The position numbers and the translations under genes are program-made. DNA of 64,000 bases. Source: Camelus dromedarius (lineage: Eukaryota). Below the pieces are notes generated by a model. The model searched no databases. It had not been told where the DNA came from and worked only from the letters and a program-made list of their open reading frames with translations. Positions 13,061 to 26,400 of the stretch are shown piece after piece. The stretch's first letter is position 1, and every line of letters begins with the position of its first letter. Where the stretch lies: contig NC_087436.1 of NCBI RefSeq assembly GCF_036321535.1, forward strand, positions 109,618,001 through 109,682,000, in the 5' to 3' direction.

Positions 13061-13878
13061 GAAAATATACAGTAATCCTATTAATAAGGCATATCTAATT
13101 GGACATTTGAGTGTGACCAGTAAGAAAGTTCTGGAAGCAAGATACGACTTTGGCAGTGCTGGATCATAAAAGCTTCATTATGGAGTTACCTGAACAGCAG
13201 TAGAAAACTGAAAGGTCAATGAGAGAGGTGAGAAGGTATGGAAAATAGAGAAGTCCCCTCTCAAAGGGGAGGATTCCAAGACCAAAACAAGTAAATAAAT
13301 CCACCTAAATCATGTAGATGGGTAAGTGCAGACATAGGGCAATAACTAAACTTAAAATAAATTATAATACAATAAGTTCATTGGTTTTGTTTATTGAAAT
13401 AAAGCATTTTTTTGGTTCAAAGATATGTCTTCTATTTGGGAAATCTAGAAAATGTACAAATAACAAGAAGTTTGTTCTTTAGAAATTTTTGCCTAAAATG
13501 TATCTGGTATAATTTCAAATGTAAGGATTCTAAGCTTCTATAGGTTCTGGTAGTCTAAGTGTTGATACTAGAAGAGGTTGTCCTCTTTCTCTTAAAAAAT
13601 ACACAATACGTTAAGAAATTTGAGACACGCAAAGATGCACCCAAGACCTAGTCAGAGAAGCTTTGCATAGAAGGCTAATAGGAACTTAGATTTGATTGGA
13701 AGCTTACAGCTGGGGAGACAGGAGGTGGTGAGAGGAAGAACTCCAGCAACATGGCTGGATGCCCAATCAGAGGGAAAGAGGCAGCTAGTGGAGGATTTCC
13801 CATGGCAAGGGCTCAGAAGAACAGAGATGTTTAGCTTTAAAATATAAATTTATGTCTCTGTGGTGAATTTTTAAAAAT

Positions 13879-14512
13879 TTTTCTTTCTCTTTCTGGCTTA
13901 CTTCACTTAAAATGACATTCTCCAGGAACATCCATGTTGCTGCAAATGGTGTTATGTTGTCAGTTTTTATGGCTGAATAATATTCCATTGTATAAATATA
14001 CCACTTCTTTTTTATCCAGTCATCTGTTGATGGACATTCAGACTGTTTCCATGTCTTGGCCATTGTAAATAGTGCTGCTATGAACATTGGGGTGCAGGTG
14101 TCATCCTGAAGTAGGGTTCCTTCTGGATATATGCCCAGGAGCGGGATTCCTGGGTCATATGGTAAGTTTATTCCTAGTCTGTTGAGAAATCTCCATACTG
14201 TTTTCCACAATGGCTGTGCCAAACTGCATTCCCACCAGCAGTGTAGGAGGGTTCCCTTTTCTCCACAGCCTCTCCAGCATTTGTTATTTGTGGACTTTTG
14301 AATGATGGCCATTCTGACTGGTGTGAAGTGATACCTCATTGTAGTTTTGATTTGCATTTCTCTGATAATTAGTGATATTGAGCATTTTTTCATGTGCCTA
14401 TTGATCATTTATATGTCTTCCTTGGAGAATTGCTTGTTTAGGTCTTCTGCCCATTTTTGGATTGGGTTGTTTGTTTTTTTCTTATTAAGTCATAAGAGCT
14501 GCCTATATATTC
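13879..14512 (-). pseudogene. L1 ORF2p C-terminal fragment (CCHC zinc-knuckle region), non-functional
   Basis: [17 protein letters not shown]...[19 protein letters not shown]...[13 protein letters not shown] is the L1 ORF2 C-terminus; in-frame stops at 14490-14492 and 14409-14411. Confidence 0.95.
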
Positions 14513-14858
14513 GAAAAATACCATATGAGATCACTTATATGTGGAATCTAAAAAAAACAAAACATAAATACAAAACAGAAACAGACTCATAGACATAGAA
14601 TACAAACTTGTGGTTGCCAAGGGGGTGAGGAGTGGGAAGGGACAGACTGGGATTTCAAAATGTAGAATAGGTAAACAAATTTATACTACATATCACAGGG
14701 AAATATATACAAGGTCTTATGGTAGCTCACAGAGGAAAAAAATGTGACAATGAATATATATATGTTCATGTATAACTGAAAAATTGTGCTCTACACTGGA
14801 ATTTGACACAATGTTGTAAAATGACTGTAACTCAATAAATAATGTTGAAATAAAAATA
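13882..14858 (+). mobile_element. 5'-truncated L1 with 5' inversion (inverted ~13882-14512; sense 14513-14858 including 3' UTR and A-rich tail)
   Basis: Minus-strand ORF2 C-terminus ends [12 protein letters not shown] and continues on the plus strand from 14513 as [18 protein letters not shown] at 14834; TSD AAAAATTTT at 13873-13881 and 14859-14867. Confidence 0.95.
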
Positions 14859-15154
14859 AAAAATTTTATCCCAGCATTTCATTAAAAGTTCTGTATTCAC
14901 AACAACCTTGTGTCAATGGAACTGTGGGAAAGTGAATGATCTGAATGAGACAGGAAGTGATGCTTTACCTTCATATGGCAATGGGGACCAGAGGTGACGA
15001 TCCACTGTGAAGAGCCAGGTGACCACAAGAACATCGCAGATTTCTGGAGAGAGACCCAAAGAGCAGGGAAAACTGGCCACAGAACAGGCTAATTCAGAGG
15101 TGGACATAAGCCAGACCCTATTTATCCTAAATATATTAGAGAAAGGTAACTCTC

Positions 15155-15335
15155 AGGGTTCAAATTCCAGCTCACTGCTTAGTAGCTGGGTGATCTTTGA
15201 CAAGTTATGTAATCTCCTAATCTGTAACACTAGAATAATGAGAGCATCTCCTGCAAAGATCTGCTGGGAAAATCCTATGCAATGGTTCACTTTAATGCAC
15301 ACAACTCAGTGCCTGGCAAGTAGCCAGAACTCTAT
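15155..15335 (+). mobile_element. MIR SINE
   Basis: gggttcaaattccagctcactgcttagtagctgggtgatctttgacaagtta...cagtgcctggca. Confidence 0.75.
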
Positions 15336-15734
15336 AGAAGATAGCTGATAGTTAGATTTAGCATTAGTAAATCATTTTGTGTTCAGTGTAATATTTTTGT
15401 GTTCACTTGATATCATGTTACAAATATTCTCCATATCACTGAATATTCTTTGAAAACTTAGTTTTTAATAAATGTCTAATTGTATGCGCTATTGATTCAT
15501 ATGCTTAATTGAACTATTTCTTCATTTATGACTATTTATGTTGTTTCAAATTTAAACTATCATAAAAAGATAATAGCAAGCTTCCATATTTACAACTTGA
15601 TTGACATTTCTGATTATTTAATCAGGAAAAATCCACTGAATGCTACTTAAATGTGCCAAAGTATAGAAGCATTTTAAGATTATTCATACATGGACAATGC
15701 ACTCTGCTGGAGAAAAATACCAAATCATGGTATT

Positions 15735-16100
15735 ATGATGTTTCCTTGCAAGCAAAGCACCATTGTGAAATGGATTAAACTAGAAGATAAACTATTAGAA
15801 ATTCCCAAGCTAGGGCAGCCTCCGAAGTTGCTTGATAAGGAGCATTAAGGACCCATGTTCTTTCCATTTCTCCTTTCTTGGTGTTGACGTCATACTCAGG
15901 CAGGCAGCCAAGTGGCTACTACAGCTTCAGGTATCTCCCCTGGACACAGTAAGGCACAGTGCCTCCTTCCGTGCCAACAAGGAAGTCTTCCTGGAAGCCT
16001 CCACACACTTCACTGGTTATTGGCCAGATTGATCACATGCTTATTCCCAACCAATCCCTGTAAGAGAAGTTGGAATTGCACAACTGACTTGACTTGTTAC
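15735..16100 (-). mobile_element. Old MaLR LTR fragment
   Basis: cattaaggacccatgttctttccat, caagtggctactacagcttcagg, attggccagattgatcacatg. Confidence 0.55.
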
Positions 16101-17584
16101 TTAGAATGGACTGGATACAGGAGAATCAGCAATAAAAGCCATGATTTCCACTGTCAGTGTTTGAGAGTACCACTTCAATTCAATTCCTGCCGTACCGAGT
16201 ATAATTGTAAACTTCCATTTCTATTTATTTCCCATGTTTGGGGACAATATACACCATGGTTCTGCGCAAATAGTGTTGACTAACTATTGGGCTGAATGAA
16301 AAAAATAAATGAATAATTGATAGACTGAGCTTATCAGGTCTTTAGTTCAATTGGGCTGTACGCTACCAGGTCAGACACTACTAGCTTGGGAGAAGAGATG
16401 AACTTTCTTCAATACAAAGGAGATGTTATATGCAATGAAAGGATCTTGAACAATAATATTACCCAAAATCTAAATCATTATTTGGAGGAAACCTATAAAC
16501 TGACTGTAAATTCAAATGTGAAAATGAGTGTAGAGGGAAGTGAAATTTAAGGTCTCAATGGGATAATCCTTCAGCAGAAATGGCCTCACACTGTTTTTCT
16601 TGGATTATTTTGAAGCCCATTGTATTATCTGAAGGAAGTCTATTGAACAGTGATTGACTGGTGCTGACCTGGTGTTACACTCATTTTGCACAAAAGCTTC
16701 CCTGCTATAGTGCTTGGTGAGTTTATATATTGAAGTCAACTGTGAGCCTGAAACAAAATAAAACCACTCACACACTCCTTGACGGTTTAGTATGACACAT
16801 TCTATTGTATTATAATTTTGAAAAGAGTCATTTCTCCTGATAGCTAATTATTAACTTTCAAATGGATGCTGTACAAATTTCAATCAAATCTCTACTTTAT
16901 GTAATACATATGTTGTCAGGAAATATAATTCCCCTTGAAAGGGTTTCGAAGTTTCACTGACACCCAGATTTCTTTGTTCTGGTTTTGATCTCCTCTCTTG
17001 CTGCCCCCGGGGCAAATTGGAAAACAACCTTATTGTGCTTCAAGCTTTCAAATTCCTTGATGTGCATCACTGCACAGAATAAACATTGAGGTGATTTCCA
17101 AGCTTTTATTCTTTTTTCTTTCCTTTTTCACTTTGACCTAAAAGTTGTGGCGATGCTATGCCCCGCAGGAGTGTTTCAACAAGTGCACCCAAATATTACA
17201 TGTGAAGGATTTCACTGCATACTCACAGTTTGATCCCAGATTTTAACTTGAGTGTTATTCACATATGGCCCCCAAACTTGATTTTTTATAGAGAATATTT
17301 AGAATCTTGGAGTATATATACATATATATGTACACACATATATATGTTTTAGACTAACGCTGATATACTAAAAGTGATAGCGGTAAAGATATCATGTAGG
17401 CACTGCCTACAATTATGCAAGGAAAAAATAAGTAAGCCCTAAACTAAAGCCATCATAGACACACTTGGGGAATATAAGCAGGAGTTATTTGGAAGGTTAT
17501 TTGGAATAAAACTTTGACCAATTGGAAGTTGGAGATAAGCTGGAGAGAAAAATTTATGCCAATTTTCTTGCCTTTGAACATTGG

Positions 17585-17950
17585 AACTCATTCAAATCTT
17601 TATTATAAACTTCCTCTGTGCTGGGAACTGTTTTAGGTGGTGAGAATATAATCATAAACATGATGTATAAAAAGTGTTGCCCTCATTGAGATTACATCTA
17701 GGACAATTGTCTTGTCTTGCTTGTATCAAGCATGCAGACTTGGTACCACTAAGATGGAAACGCCAAGGAAGAAGAACATGTGTGAGGGAGGAAGATAGTG
17801 AGCTCTGTTATGGGCTTGTTAACATTGGAGCACAGATTCTGGTGACGGTGTGCAGCTGGCCGATGGGTCGAAGAGTCTGGTGCTCAGGGAGCGCTCTGGG
17901 GTGACATTTCTCTGGTGCTCATGCAGTATTGAATACTGTGGGAAGAGCAG
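17585..17950 (-). mobile_element. L2 3' end with internally deleted continuation
   Basis: tcattcaaatctttatt...gttttaggtggtgagaata...tgccctcattgag followed by internal L2-like motifs. Confidence 0.55.
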
Positions 17951-18404
17951 CGATCAGAATGGGGATGAACTGATGAAGCAGTGATGCTCTTTAACTGCCA
18001 CAGAGGTAGGTGTTGGATAGAAAAAGCATTTAATTACTTTACACAAGAAGTATCTTTATGAAGAGCCACTTTCAGATCAGACCCTAAGCGAGAAGTGATT
18101 TCTTCCTCTCCAGAGAACTTTTAAATTTGCCCTTGTCTCGGGTCAACCCAAGGAGTAGGAGGTGAAAACGAGCAGGATAAGGGAGAGGCTTGAGGCATCA
18201 TGTCAGGACACCGTCACCTTCTTTGAAGTGCAAAACCCTTCAAGATTCCAACTCAAGTCCAGGGCTTATTCAGGGGCTTGTAAGTGAAGCATCCAAGTAA
18301 AGTCAGTTGCTAGCAGATGGATCTACTCCCTCCAGCTGAGGATTCTCACATGAAAATGTGGGCCAGGCAAGACTGGGACCTTTACTTTATGTTGAAGAGA
18401 TATT

Positions 18405-18960
18405 GGGAATCATCCAAATCCTTATTGCAAACCTCCTCGGATCCAGAAAACTGTTCTAGGTGGTGAGAATATAACAATGAACACAACAGACAAAAATGTT
18501 GCCCTCATTGCTATTATATTCATCTAGAACCATGGATAATGAATAATTAAATCACGTACCATCAGATGGTGAGAAGTGAGAAAGTGCTGGAGAAATCGGA
18601 GGCTTCATTTTAAATAGATGGTCAGGGAAGGCTTTACCGAGGATGTGATATTTGAGCAGGATCTGAGATAGGTAAGGAAGGGAGCCATATATGGGCAGAG
18701 AAGGAAGTCATTTTCACAAAGGAAATAGCCAGGGCACAGCCCTAAGTCAGTGCTCCAGCTCTTGACTGTATTTAGAAGGCAGAGCTGTGAGGTCTGGCTG
18801 TGAGATTAGATGGGGAATGTGTCAGAAAGAAAGAAAACAAATGTGATCCCCAGGCACATTTGGAGCTCTCTGCAACTGAGACAGAGAATGAGTTTGAAGT
18901 CATCCGTTTGAGAAAGGAGGTGTTCAAGAGAGAAGATAAGCTGGGGCAGGTTAATTTCAG
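18405..18960 (-). mobile_element. L2 3' region
   Basis: tgttctaggtggtgagaat...ttttaaatagatggtcagggaaggc...gtgatatttgagcagga. Confidence 0.7.
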
Positions 18961-19429
18961 GATGATGGGCTGGAGCCCAAACCTGTGCACTTTCTCAGGT
19001 GCCCTCGACTGGCTTCTTCTTCCTTCTTCCCTGTTCCTGGCTGTCCCCTACCTATGCTATAACATCCTTCCATTTTTGACCTTGGATGAACCAACAGGTC
19101 ATATCTAAACACTTGGATGATAGCACCCTGAGAGTCCACCAAAAGGACAGAAGTTAAAGAGAATTGCCTGGAGGGAGCCAGGCAGATTTCTCTCTCCCCT
19201 AGACTACTCTACACTATAATTCTTTCTTGTAACCTTCCCTGGATGTGGAATAAAGAAGCCTACTTAAGAGTTTGCCATGTCTCTCTGTGGCACATTGTTC
19301 TGAGGTGACCAGTGCAGAAATGCTTCACTTTATTCTCTTACATCACTTCCTTTTTCTCTCATCACCACTGCCCCAGGCTTGCATTTTAATTCTTGCACAG
19401 AATCATCTTTCTACATAAAGATGGACTAG

Positions 19430-19860
19430 AACAGTTACCTAAAGGACATGCACGTGGAGCTGCCAAGTAGGAAACTAGATGGGAGACTGAAGTATGGGGC
19501 TGGTGCTGTTGGGAAGATCAAACTACATTTGGGAGCCATCAGGGCATGGATGATATTCAAAGTCTTGGGACTGTGTGGTCTCCACAAAGAAATGATTGTA
19601 AATGGAGATGAGAAGAGGTCCAAAGACTAAGCCTTGGGTACTTCTGTATTTAGGGGTCAGCAACGGTGTGAAAAGCAACAGCCAATGAAGGAGAAAAAGA
19701 CCCTGAGGGTGTACTGTGGAAGCCAAGCAGAATGAATAACAGAGGACGAAGTGAAGTGTCAACTGATGTGCATATTAATGTGAAATCTCCCAATTTTATA
19801 ATGGTAACAAGAAAGTCAAACTTAAAAAAAATAGAAATGAGCAGAACACTTCTAAGAGCT
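19430..19860 (-). mobile_element. L2 fragment
   Basis: tttgggagccatcagggcatggatgatattcaaagtc...gagaagaggtccaaagactaagccttggg. Confidence 0.7.
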
Positions 19861-20029
19861 ATTTGGTCTTCAAACGGGTATTTTGCAAAAGGGCAGGAAG
19901 GCTTGTCCTGACTGTGATAAACAACCTTCCTTTTGCTCTTTCTCCACCTGTGCCAAGGCCATGACCTTCTATTCCCCCCCAGCCCCAAATACAGTTCTTA
20001 GTTATAGGTTTTTCACCTGGACTTGAACT

Positions 20030-20320
20030 TAATAGTGACAGCTAACAGTTATACAGCACCTCCTTTTGCCAGGCATTGTTTTTATCTAGCTAGTTAGCCA
20101 GCTCCCTCCCATCATTTATCACGTACACATATACATGCATGCTACACACATGATGGATAATTTCTAGTATCATCGCCAGTAAAATTCAAGACAACTGAAT
20201 TATTGAGGGTCTAAGTAAATGACCAAACATCGTGCAGTAAACATGAGGCAGAACTGGGATTTGGACCCAGGTTGTCTGGCTCCATGGTCCATGCTCAGAG
20301 CTTCATACAGTACTGTCTCA
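20030..20320 (-). mobile_element. MIR SINE
   Basis: gaggcagaactgggatttggacccaggttgtctggctccatggtccatgctc. Confidence 0.65.
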
Positions 20321-21240
20321 GGAACTGTGGGCTGGATGTCTGGACATCCGGCCAGCTAGGGGAGTTACATTAGGCATTGTCGTCTCAGCTCTCCAGGCCC
20401 TCCCTTTTCCTGTACTGATTCAGGCCCCTGGCGGGCTACATGCCTCAAACACCTGAGGGTGGGCATATTGGATTACACTAGGGGTGTGTAGCTTGAAAAC
20501 ACCTTTCAGGGAATTCTAATACACCCTGCCTCACTCTCTCTTCAACTCAGGGAAAATCACTGCGTTAGATGGCTTGTGTAGACATCTCTCAGAGGGATGG
20601 TAAAGTCATTAAACTGAAGTTTACGGAGGATTAAATGTCAGCAGTGTGCTAGATACATATCACAAACTTAAAAATGCTCACCTTGTGGGTGGCTTCATTG
20701 TTTTTTTGAAAGTTTGCCTTGCAAATACGTTTTGCATAAAATACTTAATTTTCAGTGTATGCTGAAACATACATTGCTGGCTGCTGGCTAGGTCAAACTT
20801 TGTGACCCTCAAGAATCGCTCTGATATTTGGTAAAAAAAATTCTTCATGATCGCAGATAATTGTTCTTTTTCAACTCCCCACCCCCACTCTTCCATGGGG
20901 AGAACATTCTGCTTATCTTACGTCCACTTATACAATTATAAGGGCTCGACGAAAATCCTTTGCCTTACAATCTACTTGTTCATAATACTTCCCTGGGTAG
21001 TTTCCCGATGATGATAAACATGGACCCAGAAAAATACAAGTTTTGGAATATGAATCAAATCATTTTTTTCTCCCCATATTCATGTTCATTTTCTTTTGAT
21101 ATATCCCCAGAAAGAAGCTGTTCTTGTCACCCTTTCCTCACAATGACACCTTTATACTTAAAGTAGTATGGAATTAATTGTGAAAAAGTAATCATCCAGA
21201 ATAATTAACAGCAAATGAAGATCTATAGCTTGGCTTGTTT

Positions 21241-21458
21241 AAAATAAGTAGATGAAAACAAGGAGTTACTGTATAGCACAGGGTACTATATGCAATATCT
21301 TGTTATAGCCTATAATGAAAAAGACTATGAAAAGAAATATGTGTATGTATATATATGTGTATGTATATTAAAGCTGAATCAGCATTCTATATGCCAGAAA
21401 TTGGCACAACATTGTAAACTTGACTATACTTTAATAAAAATAAATAAAATAAAATAAA
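21241..21458 (+). mobile_element. Artiodactyl-type L1 3' end
   Basis: aacaaggagttactgtatagcacagggtactatat...aacattgtaaac...aataaa plus (AAAAT)n tail; homologous to 61670-61870. Confidence 0.85.
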
Positions 21459-23147
21459 TCAGTGGTCTCAGTACCCTGGAGAGAGGTCCTACCTCACAGA
21501 GGATCCGTCTCCATAACTGACCCAGATGTGTGTTTTGTTCTCCATTCTCAGCAGAAATTCTAATACTGGATGGACTGAAAGGCCGAAGGCTTGCCAAAGA
21601 GCAACAGTCTCTGGGTAAATGTTCAGCCAATCCTGGGCTTCAACAGTCTATATGGTATCATTTCTATCACTTAAAGGCTCTTGCCCCGCTCCCCCCCCAA
21701 ATCTGTCATTCCACTCTTCATGTAAAGCTTGAAGTAATACGCATATATTGTGAGTGAAATATAAAGCAATTTAGCTCATTTTGCCCCCGAGATTTACAAC
21801 AATGGAAAAGTTCAAGGAAAAAAGCAACATAATGCATTGTTTTATGGATAAGAAAAACAAACCCAACAGAATCAGAAATGAATCAGAGTTTTCAAACTGA
21901 CTGAGGGATCTGAATCTTAAACTGTTAAGTCCCACTTTCTGTTTGCCTTGTCTCCTGTCCAGCTGCAGGAAGGGGGGCCGGGTATGGGGAGCTATAGAAA
22001 CATCCAGCAATAACCTGCTATTTGGATAATAATAAAGACAAATGTGGCGTGAAGTTCTCATAATGCAGGAGGATAACATTGTTAGAGGGAGAACCTTAAC
22101 TGGTCATTTCATGTTCTGCCAGTAACAATCCAGGAAGAGGAGTGAAATCTGCTATTGTTGACTTTATATGGAGACTTTTTCCTTAACGGTGTAACACAGG
22201 TCAGCATAGCAACTACTAATATTTTCCTGCATATCATATTATGCTCTGAAAGTTGCCTCATTAAATTTATATCAAATCAGGAACAGGATCACCATTAGGA
22301 AATCAGTGTTGTGACTCTGAAATTACAATATTTCATTTTTATGACTTTGGCCTGGTAATCACTAGAAGCAGTGCTCTCCCTAGAGATGAGATTTATTCAT
22401 CAGTTTTATTCCAGAGGGAACAATAAACTAGAAACCTTCTTGTTTGTGAACATTAGCAAGAACTGTTCATGGAACAACTTGCAAGTCATTCCACCATGCA
22501 GAAACCACTGGGCCCCTTCAAAGAAGCCATCCGCTCCACACTAAGCCCCCAGGGTAGAATTTTAAGACTGTCTTCTAACTGGTCTCCTCTGAGCTAGAGT
22601 CATCTCCCTCACACGCAAATCTGACTCTGTCACTTGCCAGCTTTCATTCAGGTTTTCTCATCTGTAAAAATGGGGATAATATATGCACCCACCTTAAGAG
22701 TTTTTCAGAGATACACTTAACATATTTGATATCCAGAGTGAATCATTTTGTGAGAATATCATTATAAAATTATTTTCATTAATAATGATGGAATAAAGTG
22801 AATAAATAAGAATAGCTGGAAAAGAAACATGGTGATAATATTCTTTCATTGGACTTTGTGTATATTAGTTACGCCAGCAAAATTAAAAACTAAAAATATG
22901 CAATACATACTATATTAAAAAAGTAACAGATTCAGAATTTTAATTATATCTTTATAGTTTTGGATTAAAAAACACATACCTATTATATTGATCTCCTACA
23001 ATGACGAACAACTGAATAACAATAAAATAGGAGTAAGAAATTTTAATTCTAAGCATGTTATTCAAATTTGGTAAAATATTTCATGTGTGAACTAAAATTT
23101 GCTCTTACTAAGCAAAAAGTACATCTTGCATTTTGCACTGTTTGATT

Positions 23148-23292
23148 TTTTTAAAAAAATTAATTTATTCATTTTTTTGGGAGGGAGGTAAATATGTTTA
23201 TATATTTATTTATTTCAATAGAGGTACTGGGGATTGAATGCAGGATCTTGTGCATGCTAAGCACACACTTTGCCACTGAGCTACACCCTCCT
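23148..23292 (-). mobile_element. tRNA-derived SINE (camelid Vic-1-like)
   Basis: gaggtactggggattgaatgcagg...tgcatgctaagcacacactttgccactgagctacaccctcc; flanking repeat tgtttgatt at 23139-23147 and 23299-23307. Confidence 0.85.
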
Positions 23293-23939
23293 TCAATGTG
23301 TTTGATTGTTTTACATTTTAAATTAAATAAAATTTCAAGTGATCATATAAAATAATGGAAGCTACTCAAAATCACAGTAACCAGCAATTATAGGATTTAA
23401 AAACAACAAATGATAGCTTCCAGGAAATAGTATTTTATCACTGGAATTATTTATAATTGCCAACTCATGATGATAATCAAAGTCTGTTTTATATAATTGT
23501 TTTAAAATATGCAGTTGATAATGCATTTCTTTATTGTCTATGTCAAGTGGCAGACTGACCCCCAGGTCTTGCCTATTGTATGCTGAAACTTGGGAATCTG
23601 GTGGTGTTAAATGGATTAACATCTAAAACACTTAGAAGAGGGCCTAACATATGGTAAATGCTCAATAAATATTATTATTTTTAAATAACAATGATGCCTC
23701 TCTGTATTTACTATATATACTGTTAAGACAAAGTCTAACCTTATTGATATATTTAAGACCATTCATTAACTGGTCACATAGTTTTTTCTATCACTTAAAA
23801 GAGTAAAGTAAAAAAGCTTCAGTAGTGCAGAAATTTCATTCTTAATGAAGTATATCATTCATTCACTGCCAGGCCTTTTGCTAATTTCTTGCTGACAAGT
23901 CTTCTCTCCCTTTTACCTTAGGAAACTTGTCAATCTTTT

Positions 23940-24056
23940 CTTGAAATAAATTTTATTTTATTTTTATTATTTTTTTATAGAGGTACTGGAGGTTGAAACC
24001 AGGACCTCATGCATGCTAAGCATGTGCTCTATCACTGAGCTATTACCACCCACCCC
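23940..24056 (-). mobile_element. tRNA-derived SINE (camelid Vic-1-like)
   Basis: gaggtactggaggttgaaaccaggacctcatgcatgctaagcatgtgctctatcactgagcta preceded by a T-rich tail. Confidence 0.85.
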
Positions 24057-24169
24057 AACACTGTCATTCTTCAAGACACACTTTAATTGTTGATTCTTTT
24101 TTCTCAACTCTCCTGCTCAGGAAGAAGATTCACCATCCATCCAATCATCTGTCCATCTATATATCCATT

Positions 24170-25330
24170 TGTTTCCTCAACATTTATTATCAGAATGCTT
24201 GCCATCTTAATAAAAATTTTCCAGAAATAAAGAATGAATAAGAACACAATTTCTGTCTTGTACCAGTTAAAATCTGCTAGGGAAAAGAGAGAAGTGACAA
24301 CAATAATGCAATATTTTTAGTGCTATCCCTAAATGTAAGAATGGAGTGCTATCAGAATCTGTAGGATGGTAATTTAAACAGTATTGGAAGATCAAACATT
24401 TCCTGAAAGATATCAAAAACATTGAAACTGAGAACTAAAGGTTAAAATCTGTTTAGTCAAAAGGGGCAGTAAAATGGGAGAGAGGGGAGAATGTTTTAGC
24501 AGAAAAAATAACATGAATTATGGTCTGGAGGGAAAAAAAGGAATTAAAATAAGTTCCACTTTTTTTGTGGGATAGAAAGATTAAGAATGGTGGACCATTC
24601 TCAGGACCACTGAGTGCTGGACAGGTAATCCAAGGCCAGATAATCGAAAACTGTCAAATTTGTGTTCAGTTTAGATAAAAGTGTGATGAGATACCATTGA
24701 AGGGTTTTAAGTAGAAATGTTACTTAATTTGGAGTTTTAAATATTACTCTATTAATAGTATAGATTATGGATTGAAGAGGGGAAAGAAGAAAGACTATTT
24801 TGGTTGTTGTAGGGGTCTGATCACAAGATGATGATGACTCTTCTAAAATAAGGCAAGAGAATGGATTCTCGAAGTTCAGCAAGTATAGTTGGTAGGACTT
24901 GGTGACTGGATATTGGTTGCTAGAGACAGGAAGGCATCAAGGATGGTTTCTGAGTTGGCTTAAATACTAGTTACTAAGGTGGATGAAACCGGAAGAGATG
25001 GCCCCAGTCACCAAAATTGGTCATATCACTGGGGAGCAGGTTTTGTGGAAGGATGATGAGCTCCATTTTGGTCTTCCATTTGAGAAGTCTATGGGACATC
25101 AAGGTGCAGGTACCAAGAAAGCATCATTTGCAATTCATCTGTAAAGAGACAAGGGTGGAAATGAACCCTCAAAGGGAGTGTGAAGGGTGAGGAGAGATCT
25201 GGCTGAGGGCGGAGCCCTGAGTCATACAGAAGTTCCAGGGAAGACAAAAGGAGCTGAGCCAGCAAAAGAAACTGAGAAGGAATGCATGAAGAGGGAAAAG
25301 GGGGCCTGGAGGACAATGATGTTGGGATGG
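24170..25330 (-). mobile_element. L2 LINE fragments
   Basis: ccattgaagggttttaagtag, taggacttggtgactgga...ggcatcaaggatggtttc, gatgatgagctccattttgg. Confidence 0.65.
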
Positions 25331-26179
25331 TATTTTGGTGTTTAATATATCTTATAGTTCTATCTGAATTTACTTGTCTCCTCCACTAGAATTCAGTTTC
25401 TTGAGGACAAGAACCATGCCTTTGTATGCCTTGATTCTAGCATAATATCCAGCATTCAGTAGGTGCTCAGTACATGTGTGGTGAATGAAAAAAATAAATA
25501 CAGTATTCAGTAATAGAGATGATTTTGCACTTTGTTATTTTTCTGAAGCAGCAAAGCATTTAAATAATCAGGATTGGTGAATTCAGACATAGCCAATGTT
25601 GTCTGGTGGAGGGATCATGTGAATGTGTCATTCTTGTTCCAATAGTTTAATTCACGTAGGTGATCTAAACTTAAATAACAGTGGGTTAAGAGCTCTTAAA
25701 TAGATGGCAAGTTACAATTGTACAGAAGAAAAGCAGTCCATGGAAGAAAGAGTGTCAGTCATAATGAGTCAGTGTAGATTCCAAGACATTATGACCAAAT
25801 TAAAGAAAACACGTCAAAAAAGTTGGAAACTGAGGGCCATAGGGAAAATGTTGTAATCGGAATCTTGCCGGAAAGAGCCTGTCCAATCAGTTTAGGCAGG
25901 AGGTATGTGCCAAGATAGAATGATTTATGTGGAAAATTTGAAAACCTGATCCACACTCTATTGAAATTAGTGGATCATGGGAATAATATGTGGTTATTTT
26001 TTCCCAAGTCAAATGGCTTGATTTACCTTTCTCGATAGAATATTGAGAAGGTAATGAAGGAGATGAGAATATTCCTCCAGAAAAAAAGCAATGTAAAGGC
26101 CAAAGATTTCTCATAAAAGTGGAACGTGCTTGGAAATAAGTAGGTTTCCTGATACCTAGTTTATAATCAGTTTTGTGTA

Positions 26180-26400
26180 ATGGAAAGAGGACACATTTTA
26201 GAGTCCTACTACCCTGGGCTTAAATCCTGATGTAGCCAAATGCAAATTATATCACCTTGAGTAAGTTATTTAACCTTTTGGATTCTTAGTTTCCTTATCT
26301 GTAAAATTGTCATATTAGTCCCTAATTTGTTGTTCTGAAGAGTGTGATAAAATTTAGATAAAGTTTCTTGGAGTGCCAGGATATTAGATGCTCAATAAAA
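26180..26400 (+). mobile_element. MIR SINE
   Basis: caccttgagtaagttatttaacc...agtttccttatctgtaaaat...tgctcaataaa. Confidence 0.75.

Noticed and set aside
13785..14408. 207-aa ORF as a functional gene
   Set aside because: It is an inverted L1 ORF2 fragment with upstream in-frame stops, and its last ~30 aa are read-through into flanking DNA.
14347..14592. 81-aa plus-strand ORF
   Set aside because: It is a chance frame crossing the L1 inversion junction.
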